Source of the DNA: Hyaloraphidium curvatum SAG 235-1
Lineage: Eukaryota; Fungi; Monoblepharomycota
Reading direction: 5' to 3'
DNA length: 64,000 nucleotides
Assembly (NCBI GenBank): GCA_025558095.1
Contig: JAIVFI010000005.1
Span: 620,001 to 684,000, forward strand
Made by a program: the position numbers and the translations under genes. The number at the start of each line of letters is the position of its first letter. The stretch's first letter is position 1. Below are positions 1 to 10,243 of the stretch, piece after piece. The notes beneath the pieces were generated by a model. It had not been told where the DNA came from, made no database searches, and saw nothing but the letters and a program-made list of their open reading frames with translations.

Positions 1-2195
1 CTTCGGCTTCTTTGCCGACTGCGCGCACGAGGTCGAGCGGCTAGATTCCGGCCGTCGCCTGGTGCTCATCTACAACGTCGTACGCCGCGGCACCGGCGCC
101 GTTCCTTCCCTGCGTGGCGACGCATCCCACGACGCCGCCGTCGCGCGGATCGCGCGGTGTGCCCGGCTGGCCGCCCAGTTCGGGACGAGGTACCTGCTTT
201 ACCCTCTCGAGCACTCCTACACGCCGGCCTCGCTGGCGCACTCGGGCGCCAGCGCTTTCAAGGGCCGGGATGCGGCCGCCTGGCGCCTCCTCTCGGATCC
301 CGACTCTGGCTTCGCTGTCGGCGCCGCCGAGATCGAGCTCAAGGCCTCCGGGCAGGGAGACGGGTACTACGACCGCCGGTACGGCAGCAGCGAGGCCTCG
401 ATGGACTGGCATCCGGACGACGGAGGCGAGATCGACCTTAGCAGGGGAGCGATGCTGCACGCTGCGCTCAAGGGGGTCGCGCCGGCGGTGCTTCTGGAGC
501 CGGGAGGTGCCCCGCTGCCGGCGTTTGGGACGATGCAGATGGTCGGCTCGGACACGGACTTTTTCCGTTCGAGGGACAGGCCCAAGGATCGGCACGCGCA
601 CTACACCGGCAACGCCAGCGTCGATGTTGGTCACCCTTGCGATCATCGGTACCTTCTCGCTGACTGTCCGTGCGCAGGTCGAGTATCAGTACCGCACCAT
701 GGCCCTCGTACTGTTTCCTGACGACGCCGGATCCACGATCGCCGCGTGTTCCTCCGCGCCCGGCAAGCTCACCGAGCATGCACTTCGTGCGTGGCGCGTC
801 GCACCGACCGGGTCGCAGGCCAAATTGGATGGATTGGAACTCCTGCAGAGGGCCGTGGGCGCCGGCGCTACCTCAGCCCGGGGCGATGTTGCTCTGGAGA
901 CCCTCCGCGCACTGCCGGAACAAGTCAGCAAGGGCCCGATTGAGGAGCACCTGAAGCTGGCCCCGGCGGGAACGGCGCTCGTGATTGCCGGCGACAAAAA
1001 GCTTCTCGGCCTCGTCGGATGGCAGCGTGCGGTGGCGTGCGTGTCGGCGAGGGACATGCGGACGGATCCGGCTGGGGAGCTCGACCTCCTGCTCAAGCTG
1101 AAGGAACTCGATCCGACCCCGTCCTCTATCAAGACCGCCAAGGAACGCGAGCGGCTCGGCGCAGGCATAGTGGGCGCAATCTCGTCGGCGACGCACCCGC
1201 GCATCCTGGGCCAAATCGCCGTCAAGGCCAAGGCGTCCGGCGTCGCCGGTGGTGCGGGGATTGCAGCCGCCTGCACCGCCCTCTCGCGCATGCCCTTGCG
1301 TTGGGCCGGCGGGGCCGAGGGCGAGCTGCCCGTTTCATTCGTGGCCGTGGCCTCGCTCGCCGAGGGCGAGGACGAGCTTGGCAAGGTCGCATCGACTCTC
1401 GTGGCGGCACAACGACCGGAGCTGTTGACGGGCTGCCGCTCGCTGCGGGAAGCTTTTGCGCAGTGCGGGATCTGGGAATCGAAGATCCGCCCGGCGCTGC
1501 TCAAACTCTGCCCCGGGAGTGGGACCCGCGGCGCAGGAGGACCTCCTTCGGGGATGGCATTCCGGGAACTGCTGGACGCATGTGCGGACGATTCGGATGC
1601 GGGGAGCTTCGCCGTTGAAGCCTGCGCGATATGGGTTTCCCACGACCGCCAAGAGGCTTTCAAAGCGCTGCGCTGGGGTTCATGGTGGGCCGTGGCGCTC
1701 GCCGACTCGTTGGAATCCCTGCTCCGCGGCACGGGGCTCGACCTCGCGGTCGCCGAATGGACGGTCTCCTGCATGAGCACCGCGCCCGGCGCGGATCTCG
1801 CCCCGCTCGGCCGCGCGATCATGGCGCTCGAGGCGCAGTTCCCGCGCCCGGGGCCGGAGCCGAAAGGATGGCCTCACCTCCATGGATTGGGGCGGACTGC
1901 GGGGGGGCTGCCGGGCCCGGTAGCGGCGTTCCTGGGAGACGATGCTGCCGGCGCGACAAAGACCTTTGTCTTCCGCCGCAAGATGGACCGCGATCCCGTC
2001 GCGCGACTGCTGAAGCAGATTGCGCCCTCGGTCCAAGCAATGGAAAGCAGAGAGGGCACTGCGGAATGGAAATTAAGGCTGACAAAGACGCATGCCGCGC
2101 ACGATGCGGCCGTGGCCAAGCGGAAGCGGTGGGAAGCAACTGCCAACGCCGTCAGGAGGCTTGGAGGACTGCCGGACGGCACAGTGAAGAAGTGA
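1..2195 (+). CDS. 2OG-Fe(II) oxygenase-domain protein, 5'-truncated by the window edge; one intron at 626-677
   Basis: Frame +2 reads FADCAHEVERLDSGRRLVLIYNV (distal His and RxV/YN strand of 2OG-Fe(II) oxygenases), then LEHSYT..FKGRD and YTGN. A 52-nt GT..CTGAC..CAG intron joins in phase to the 114..2195 ORF (VEYQYRTMALVLFP). Confidence 0.7.
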
Positions 2196-2565
2196 TCAGG
2201 TTAAGACGAGGCAGCACGGTCTGTGACAGCGGATGTTTTTTGATTGTATCCTGAGGTCATTTGCGCAAAATTGCCATTATTGATTGAGTTCTTTGAACGC
2301 GGCAGCACCGCCCGAACTCAGACCCGGCCAATGACGTGCCGAGCCGGCCTCTTGTTGACGCATCCCCGCGCATCAATCTGCTCGCGAGATGGTTTTAAAT
2401 GACCATTAAAATTTGTTCCGAGTCACAGAGGTGGTCGTGGACGCGAAATCGGATGATGACGGGGAACGGAAACTGGAATTTGGCTCGGCTTGAGTCAACG
2501 TCGAGCGGCCGCGTTCGCGTTCGTCATTCGTTCCCACATCACTATCCACAGCGAAGCGAAGAAGA

Positions 2566-3553
2566 ATGTCGGAAAGCACGGCCCGGACGGGCACGGAGGC
2601 AACGTTGTCCATGAGCGAAAGCGAAAGCGGGAGCACGGCAGAGCAGTCGGATTCGACAGGTCGGTGGCGCCGCTTTGGGCCCGAAGGTCGCGCCGCGAGA
2701 CTGACTCCCGCGCCCGTTCAGCGGTCGTGTTCCCGGCGTCAAAGGACGATCCCAAGTACCAGCTCTGGTTGCAGGCACTCGAGGAAGCCTTCGAGGAGTT
2801 GCAGAAGCGGAAGGACAAACCGCTCAAGCAGAAAAAGTGGAACCAAATCGGCGCCTACTTCATCGACAGATGGAATATAAGCCCACTCAAGAACCTAGTG
2901 TCGGGCGAAGGCTACCAGTCCGAAGACGTGGACTGGGCGGTCAACGGCATGATTCTTGTCGTACGTAATCGAACTCCTTGACTTCTCGAGTTCCCTCTCG
3001 ACTCACGACTGTAACAGAATGCTTTGCTGCTTACCATCCCATTCGAAATCATGGGCAACCTTGGCCATGACCATTGGTCCTGGCTGGAATCGGCCTATCT
3101 GGCCTGGTGAGCCGGCGCCTTCTACGGCCCAAACTTCGAATGCTGATCACTGACGCGCCGCACAGCGGATTCACGGCCGAGAATGCCACAGAGCTACTGC
3201 ATAGTGATTTCCTATTGCAGATTGGCTCACTCTACGGCATCATCCTATGCTCTGGAACTGTCGTTCTGATCTGCACCGTCTACTACTTCCTGCGCCCGCC
3301 GAAAAAGGCCCCGCACTTCAAAACTTGGTGGAACCGGGCGCGTTGGGTTATTCTGTTTATCGTTTGCGCAAGTGCGCTGTCGGACATGATGCTCGCCGTG
3401 CTCACGATGCAGATGTGGGGCAAGTACACTGTCCACCCCAGCATGGTCTGTGAGTGGCGGACGGGCCCGAAGGTCTTGAACGGAGGTGTCATGATGGCGA
3501 TGGTGTGGCTCGTCATTGTACTTCCATCGCTCTCATTCCTCATCATGATGTAA
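2566..3553 (+). CDS. hypothetical multi-pass membrane protein, 3 introns (2660-2721, 2961-3017, about 3107-3165)
   Basis: Three GT-AG introns join ORFs 2566, 2490 and 3074 in consistent phase. The product has a Ser-rich N-terminus and about 4 hydrophobic segments (MILVNALLLTIPF, LYGIILCSGTVVLICTVYYFL, WVILFIVCASAL, VMMAMVWLVIVLPSLSFLIMM). Confidence 0.6.
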
Positions 3554-3966
3554 CCGTGCGGTTTTGGGGATGTTTCATGTATTACATCATATCGGAAAGC
3601 CCATCCAAGTTTCGGGCTGGGCGCAAGTAGCAAACCTCGGCGAGACCAGCATTAAGACGGTCGGAAAGACGCACCAGGAGCGTTTGCTTTGATGCAGGCG
3701 TGTACAGACCGCACGGGGCCAACCGCTGGGGGACGGCGGGGGTCTGCCGCCCTCTGCGAACTTGCCCTGTTGCCTCACCCGCGGGTCTCGCTCTTAGTAG
3801 CTAGCCAGACAAGCATGGCTACGAAATCAATAGGTCTTCGGGATGGGGACATATAGAGAAAGTATGAAGGAACCAAGAATCTATTCTTCACATGTTGCGG
3901 CGTTGCTCTGGGTGCCGGACCACTCCGCTTCTCTGTGGCAACCGGTCTATAACCCCAAGAGACATG

Positions 3967-4515
3967 TTAGAAAAGAATGCCATCGTCGGGGCCGACCCAC
4001 CAGAGCGATGCGTTCTTGCTCCTTGGCCTTTTACCCATCAGCGAAAAGACGTACGCCCCTCCGGTCATGTTTCCTCTTTCCGGGATCTGCCCAACCTGCC
4101 GCATCATATCGAGTATGTCGTTGCAGCCCTGGTACCGGAGCAGCTTCCCGTCCCTGAACTCGGCCAGCAGGTCGAACCCGTCCGACGCCATCCGCCGGCT
4201 GCCGTGCTCGGCCGGGCCGGTCGCCTCGGCGACCCAGTGGACCATCATGCTCGCGTCGTCGGCGCCGAAGAAGTGGCCCTTGATGGTGAACTTGAGGTCC
4301 GGGTATATCGCCCAGAACCTAGAAAAGTAGCTCTCCAGCTCGGCGTTGACCCCGTGGATCACCCGCGGCCAGAAGATCTGCTCGTCGAAATGCACCTCGG
4401 GGTCGAGAATCTCGCGGAAGAGCGAGAAGTCGCGCGAGTTCCACGCGTCGGCCCACTTCCGTGCAAAGTCCACGAGGAACGCGCGGTCAGGCTTCCACGC
4501 AGCGGGGTCGGGCAT
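3967..4515 (-). CDS. SnoaL/NTF2-like (ester cyclase family) protein, intron-less, about 182 aa
   Basis: W-ADAWNSRD..LDPEVHFDE..HG..F-W-AIYPDLKF..HW..TG..DGFD..EFRDGK..D..MMRQVG pattern typical of SnoaL-like proteins. ATG at 4515 preferred over the upstream ORF start. Confidence 0.8.
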   Translation of the reverse strand: MPDPAAWKPDRAFLVDFARKWADAWNSRDFSLFREILDPEVHFDEQIFWPRVIHGVNAELESYFSRFWAIYPDLKFTIKGHFFGADDASMMVHWVAEATGPAEHGSRRMASDGFDLLAEFRDGKLLRYQGCNDILDMMRQVGQIPERGNMTGGAYVFSLMGKRPRSKNASLWWVGPDDGILF

Positions 4516-4919
4516 GGTGGGCGGGGTGCGCAGGAGTGGAGGACGGCGAATGTCGCGCACGGCGGTGCGCGACTGCTTGTTCGCGCAGGGCGGTTCGCGA
4601 TTACGGCGAACGTCTCGCGGCTTTGCGCGATTGGTTGCTCCGCACGAGCTTTTGTACGGGGGCCGGGGAAACGGTAAACCACCGAAAACGGGTCCAGTCG
4701 GCTCGCCCAGCCGACCGCCGATCGGCATATAGTGCCATGGCTGGGAGGCCAGTAGTGCTCAGTAGTGCAAACAGTAGTGCCCAACTCCAGTTACGCCACG
4801 AGCTGGTTACTAGAAGTGAGGGCGATCAACTAGCGTAAGGCAGTCAGGGCGGCCGCCGAACCATTCTATCGCAGAAGATCTATGCAATATGCACCACTCG
4901 GAAATCCACCGATGCCGCC

Positions 4920-6819
4920 TCAGAGTTTCGCCTTCGCCTTTGCCGCCTCGGCCCTCGCCCTGACCTCGTCCCTGATCTGCCTCCGCAGGATCTTGCCGCT
5001 CGGGTTCCTCGGGATCGCCGGCACGAACTCGACGCCCCCCCGCAACCTCTTGAGCGGGCTCACCAGGCCGTCCAGAAACGCCCGCACCTCGTCCTCCTTC
5101 GCCTTGGTTGCCTCGACGCCAGGCTTGAGGACCACGAACGCGCGCGGCACCTCGCCATGCTCCTCCGAGGGCATGCCGATGACGCACGAGTCCGCGACGT
5201 CCTTGTGCCGCAGCAGCAGGTCTTCCAGCTCCGCGGGGGCGATCTGGAACGCGTTGTACTTGATCAGCTCTGCGGACGGACGTCAGGTCACCTGCGAACG
5301 CGACCAAGCGCAACAACAACTACCAACCCTTGAGCCGGTCGCGGATCCAGAACTGGCGATCCTCGTCGCACGACACCAGGTCGCCCGTCTTGTAGAACCC
5401 ATCCTCGGTCCAGCTCCCGCGCGTGGCTTCGGGGTTGTTGACGTAGCCCAGCGCAACGTTGGGCCCGCGGATCCAGAGCTCGCCCTCCTTGTTGTAGCCC
5501 ACGGGCTCGAGGGTTTCGGGGTCGACGACTGGCAACCGATAGGGGGTGAACGCAGTCCGATCTCAAACGGGCTTTCAAGCTCACCCTTGACCTCGAGGTT
5601 GGGAAGCGGCACGCCGACGGAGCCGCGCTTGTAAGGGGTGTTGTGGCGGTAGAGGAGCGCGCCGCAGGTCCCCTCGGAGCAGCCGTAGCCCTGCTTAACC
5701 GGCACGCCAAACTTCTCGATGAGGATGTCCTCGACCTCGCCGCCCAGCGGCGCCGCGCCGCAGCCGATGCCCTCGACCGCCGAGAGGTCGTAGCCCGAGA
5801 GGTCCGTCTTGGCCAGCACCACGGCGAGCGGCGGCACGAGGCTGATGGTCTTGGTTTTGTACTTGGACCAGGCCTCGAGGGCGATCTTGAGGTCGAAACG
5901 GGGGTACACTGCGCCGTGGAGATGAGGTGAGGCCGGGGAGCGAAATAAACCGATCGAATCCACCCACCGACGGTCGTGGCGCCCATTTTGGGCGCCATAC
6001 AGAGGAACTGCATAAGACCGTTCATGTGGAACAGCGGGAGGAAGCAGGGCCGGTAGTCCGACTCGGCGGGGGGCTCGTTGGGATCCCGGAGGTACATGAA
6101 CTGCAGAACGTTGGCCACCAGATTGTACTGCGACAGAGCGACGCCCTTAGGCAGCCCAGTGGTCCCCGAAGAGTAAGGAACGAGCGAAGGGACCTCCTTG
6201 ATCTCCCTCTCGGTGAGGACGACCTTGCCGCCCACGTCCGCGTCGGTCAGCTGCTTCCCTCGCTCCGTGATCCCCTTGACGGTCGGATAGCCGGGCACGC
6301 CCTCGTCCATGAGGATCAGCCGCGAGTCCGGCAGCCCGGCCTCGGCGGCGGCCTCCTTGGCCGGTCCCAGGCACGTCGAGTGGGAGATCAGCAGGGTGGA
6401 CCCCGAGGATTTGAGCTGGTGGACGAGCTCGCGGACGGTGCTGGAACGGCAGCGGTCAGCACGACGTCGGGACGCGCCCCGGGACCGCGGAACACCCACT
6501 AGTTCGGGTTGCTGGGCGACAGCCCCCCTCCCGCGCCCATGAGCCCGAAGATGATTGCCGGCAGCCGGATGTCGTTGGGTCCGAACATGCACGCGATTTC
6601 GCCCCTCTTCAGGCCGCCCCACGGCGACTTGGGGTCGCGCAGGCCGCGGCCGAAGGCCAGCGCGTCCTCCCGGAGCTGCCCGTAGGTCAGCGTCTCGCCG
6701 GTCAGGCCGTCGATGTAGGCCGGCTTGGACAGCTGCGAGTCGGGCATGGACGACCAGACAAAGTCGTAGAAGCCCTGCACGGGGATGTCGAGGACGACAT
6801 CGGGCTTGAGGTGCACCAT
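4920..6819 (-). CDS. 4-coumarate-CoA ligase/luciferase-like AMP-dependent acyl-CoA ligase, peroxisomal (PTS1 AKL), several introns
   Basis: YSSGTTGLPKGV AMP-binding motif, QGYG..E, GELWIRGPNV..GY, FYKTGD, DRLKELIKY, IPRNPSGKILRR and a C-terminal AKL. Confidence 0.92.
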
Positions 6820-6948
6820 CGTGCTCGCCGGAGTGAGGGAAGGATGACCGGGAACGTGGTCGGCCCGGAAGCGCCGCGTAAACAAGGCGCGCGTCAATCG
6901 ATCGTTCTAGCTCGCGCGGAACCCCGCTCGACGCGTCTCGATCCGCCG

Positions 6949-7380
6949 ATGCTCTCGCGCCGCCTGTACGCGACGATGCCGCGCCGCCTCCTCACCGGCG
7001 CCGACCGCGCCGCCGCTCTCGCGCCGCTCGCGTCGCGCGGCTGGCGGGACCTCGCGCCAGCGCGCGACGGCATCGAAAAGACCTACGTGTTCAGGGACTT
7101 TGTCGAGGCGTGGGGTGCGTCCCTTTCCCCGCCTTCCCGTTGGCCGGCGGAGCTGACCGGATCGGTGCGCGCGGGACCGCGGCCAGGCTTCATGTCCCGC
7201 GTCGCGCTGCTCGCGGAGAAGCGGGACCACCATCCGGACTGGCGCAACGTGTACAACAAGGTCACCGTGCTGTGGGAAACCCACGACCTCGGCGGGCTGT
7301 CGACCTGGGACACGGAGCTGGCGGCGCGGTGCGACGAGGCGGCGGGGGAGGCGGCCGGCGCGGGCGCCGGCAGGTCCTGA
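6949..7380 (+). CDS. PCBD: pterin-4-alpha-carbinolamine dehydratase with likely mitochondrial presequence; 72-nt intron at 7115-7186
   Basis: [47 protein letters not shown]..LA signature. Removing the GT..CTGAC..CAG intron restores AWGFM. Confidence 0.92.
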   Translation: [143 protein letters not shown]

Positions 7381-7500
7381 GCGCGATCGTCCGCCGCCGG
7401 TCTTTGGACGTCGGATGGGTATGTCCGTCTATGTACGTCGATCGGTCTTCGTGCTCCGACTCGATAGATATCCCGGCCCCGTTCCGTCCCGCGCCCGCGA

Positions 7501-9702
7501 TCACTCCTCCCCCAGAACGTCCCCCACCAAAACCTTGTGCCCCCTCGACAGCCCCCTGATCCACCCCTCCACCGTCCTCCTCTCCTCCGCCCCGAGCCCG
7601 CGCACGCCGCACTTGCCCCCGCCGCGGAAGAAGAACCCCTCGGCCTGCCCGGCGCCGAGGTCCGCGACGGGCACGGAACGCCCGCTCGACCGGAGGACCC
7701 CACCCCCGTCCGCGACCAGCCTCACCGCGGTCGCGTTGCCCTCCTCGACGACCGACGCGAACGATGCGACGGGGTGCGCGAGCGGGCCGCCCGAGGCGCC
7801 GCCGGCGACCAGCAACGCCCTGAGCTGGGCGCCCTTTCCGGCGCAGGCGGAGAGGTCGCGGCGGCCGTACCGCCCGCGGCCGACGAGCCGGCCGTCGTGC
7901 GAGTGCAGGTCCGACGCCGGGCTGCGTGCCAGACGGGCGGCCAGCTGCGGGGCCCAGGAGACGGATGAGGGGTGCATGCCCAGGGGGGGCCAGAGGACGA
8001 GGGTGTTCGGGGGCATGGCCGAGCGTCCGGGCCAGGGGAGCGAGGTGCGGTCGTCCGCGGCGTCGGCGGCGGGGCCGGCGAGGCGGGAGAGGGTGACGGA
8101 GGAGCCGAGGAGGAGGGCGTCGTCGAGGTGGCCCGAGGCCGGGGTGCAGCGGAAGGCAAAGACGTCCGGGACGAGGAGGTGCACGGTCGCGAGGGGGTGC
8201 GCGACGAGCCAGGCCAGCGCGGCCGAGGCGGCAATGGCGGCACCCGGGGGCGTGGAGGCGCCGGGGGCGACGAGGACCACGTGCAGGCCGAGGGACCAGA
8301 CCCAGGCGGCCGTGGCGGCCGGCCAGGCGCCGGCGAGGGAGCGCGCGTACACGGCGGCGGTGTTGTTGCGCGGCCAGCGGCCCTGCGCCTGGGCGTTCAG
8401 GGCGATGTCGACGGCGTGCACCAAGGCGTCCGCGTCGAGCGCGCGAAGGCGGGCCTCCTCGGCACCCTCGTCGTTCGGTACGGCGTGCGAGTGTTTGCGC
8501 GAGCGCGGCCGGTCCTTCCAGAAGCGCGCGCGGAACTCGTCCGGCACGGCCGAGTGCGCCTCACCCGCGGCGGGGCCGGACGAGCCGTCGTATGACGCGA
8601 ACGGGCCCTCGAGGGGCACCACCGGCACAGCGCCAAACATGGCGGCCTCGAGCGCGCCGCGCTCGTGGCCCTCGGCGCCGCTCTCGACGTACACGGCGGC
8701 CATGGCCATCAGGCACAGCCGCGTGGACACGCTCTCGGCGTCGGCGTGGCCCAGCCGGATGACCTGCGTCCGCGGCGCGCGCAGGTCGCGCAGCCTGTCG
8801 AGCACGGCCTCTGGCAGCTCGGGCGTGTCGTCGTCGACGAGCACCAGGGGGCGCTTCTCGGCGCACGAGACGTTTGTGTCCTCGGCCTGCAGCGCGGGCG
8901 AGCAGTCCAGGCCCTCGTCCCAGCACATGTCGGCTGCCGTGACGGCGGCGGTCAGCATGGGGCGCGGCGGCGCGGCGGCGAGCACGCGCAGGGCGGCGGC
9001 GAGGGCGCGCGAGGCGGCGAGCGGCGTCGCCCAGCCTGCCAGGGCGTCGCGGCGCGAGGCGTGGCCCTCTGCGTCGGTCGCCAGCGCGTACGCGCGGATG
9101 CCCTTTGGCAGCAGGTCCCTGACCGGGTGCCCCTTGGGCATGACCTCGAAGTCGTCCCGCATGGCGTCTGGCGGGAGGCCTGCCCTTGCAGCAGACAGCA
9201 GCACGGCGTCCCCGGGCTGCAGCCCCGGCGGCGGCCAAGCGGGGACCGGCCGCACGCGGTAGTCGTCGCCGAAGCGCTGCGCGTCCGCGCCCCAGATGCC
9301 CGAGCGCGCGCCGGCGGCCAGCACGGCGTCGTGCCACAGGTGCAGCGTGCCCGCCGCCGGCCCGCCGGCCTCCTCGGCGTGCGGCGCCTCGGCCGGCCCG
9401 GTGCCGGCAAACACCCACACCGCGCCGCCCCACGCGGGCACCTCCAGCCGCCCGCCGCCCGCCGCCCCCGCGCCGCCCGCGCCCGGCCACGCCAGCCGCC
9501 CCGGCGCAGTCAGCGCCGCGACGCCCGCCAGCGCGGCAAGCAGCACAACCCGCTTCAGCACCCGCGACGGCCGTCCCAGCGACAGCCCCGCGGGGAGCCG
9601 CCGCGCCCGCATCTCGTGCGAAGGGCTGCCCGGCGGCGTCCGGCGGCCCATCTCCGGCGCCGCCCCGCGGGTCCGCGTGCGGTCGGGCGTGTGTCCATTC
9701 AT
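7501..9702 (-). CDS. type II membrane protein, putative GT-B glycosyltransferase-like, intron-less
   Basis: Basic N-terminus followed by an anchor (VVLLAALAGVAAL). VYVESGAEGHERGALEAAMFGAVPVV resembles the E-x-A..G-xP-V donor-binding end of GT-B (GT4-like) enzymes. Confidence 0.5.
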   Translation of the reverse strand: MNGHTPDRTRTRGAAPEMGRRTPPGSPSHEMRARRLPAGLSLGRPSRVLKRVVLLAALAGVAALTAPGRLAWPGAGGAGAAGGGRLEVPAWGGAVWVFAGTGPAEAPHAEEAGGPAAGTLHLWHDAVLAAGARSGIWGADAQRFGDDYRVRPVPAWPPPGLQPGDAVLLSAARAGLPPDAMRDDFEVMPKGHPVRDLLPKGIRAYALATDAEGHASRRDALAGWATPLAASRALAAALRVLAAAPPRPMLTAAVTAADMCWDEGLDCSPALQAEDTNVSCAEKRPLVLVDDDTPELPEAVLDRLRDLRAPRTQVIRLGHADAESVSTRLCLMAMAAVYVESGAEGHERGALEAAMFGAVPVVPLEGPFASYDGSSGPAAGEAHSAVPDEFRARFWKDRPRSRKHSHAVPNDEGAEEARLRALDADALVHAVDIALNAQAQGRWPRNNTAAVYARSLAGAWPAATAAWVWSLGLHVVLVAPGASTPPGAAIAASAALAWLVAHPLATVHLLVPDVFAFRCTPASGHLDDALLLGSSVTLSRLAGPAADAADDRTSLPWPGRSAMPPNTLVLWPPLGMHPSSVSWAPQLAARLARSPASDLHSHDGRLVGRGRYGRRDLSACAGKGAQLRALLVAGGASGGPLAHPVASFASVVEEGNATAVRLVADGGGVLRSSGRSVPVADLGAGQAEGFFFRGGGKCGVRGLGAEERRTVEGWIRGLSRGHKVLVGDVLGEE

Positions 9703-10243
9703 TCGTCGTCGCCGGCCTGGGCGGGCGGTGCGATCAAACCGCTCGCATTCGCCAAGCCAGTCACGGAAGACAGTGGAAAATGGAAAGACCACTGCTGGAT
9801 GAATTTCGAGCACGGATGTCGTCCATCCAGGTCCCCGGCCGGATCGGCCGGCCCGTGCCGTGGCTGGGTCCGCCGTCGGGGGCTTGCAAAAACACAGCAA
9901 TGCTGGAAGCACTTCAGGAGGTCTCGAATGAATGTAAAGCGCTCGAGTCACCTTCACACAGCGAGATCCATTCATAAATTGGAACTGGATCGGGACGGTT
10001 CCGGCTCCGCCCCGGGCACGAGTGCTGACCAGTGCTGCTGGCCCTCAAAACCGCCAGTGCCTCCATTGCAACATGCAGCTAGCTTACAGCAATCTGATCC
10101 GTGCTCATGCTACAGCTAGCTAGCGGTGAGCGGGTGGATCTGCGGAACCAGCGCGACCCAATCACGAACACGGCGCCTCGCGGGACGCCCGTCCACAACG
10201 GCTCTCGGATCCCGGACCTTCACGCGGGGACATGCGATAACCA

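Noticed and set aside
4785-4815. Hairpin plus CTAG resembling a Helitron 3' end
   Set aside because: The stem is short and imperfect, with no matching 5' end or second copy in the window.
7115-7186. 24-aa insertion in PCBD
   Set aside because: It is an in-frame, stop-free intron with canonical signals, and its removal restores the conserved motif.
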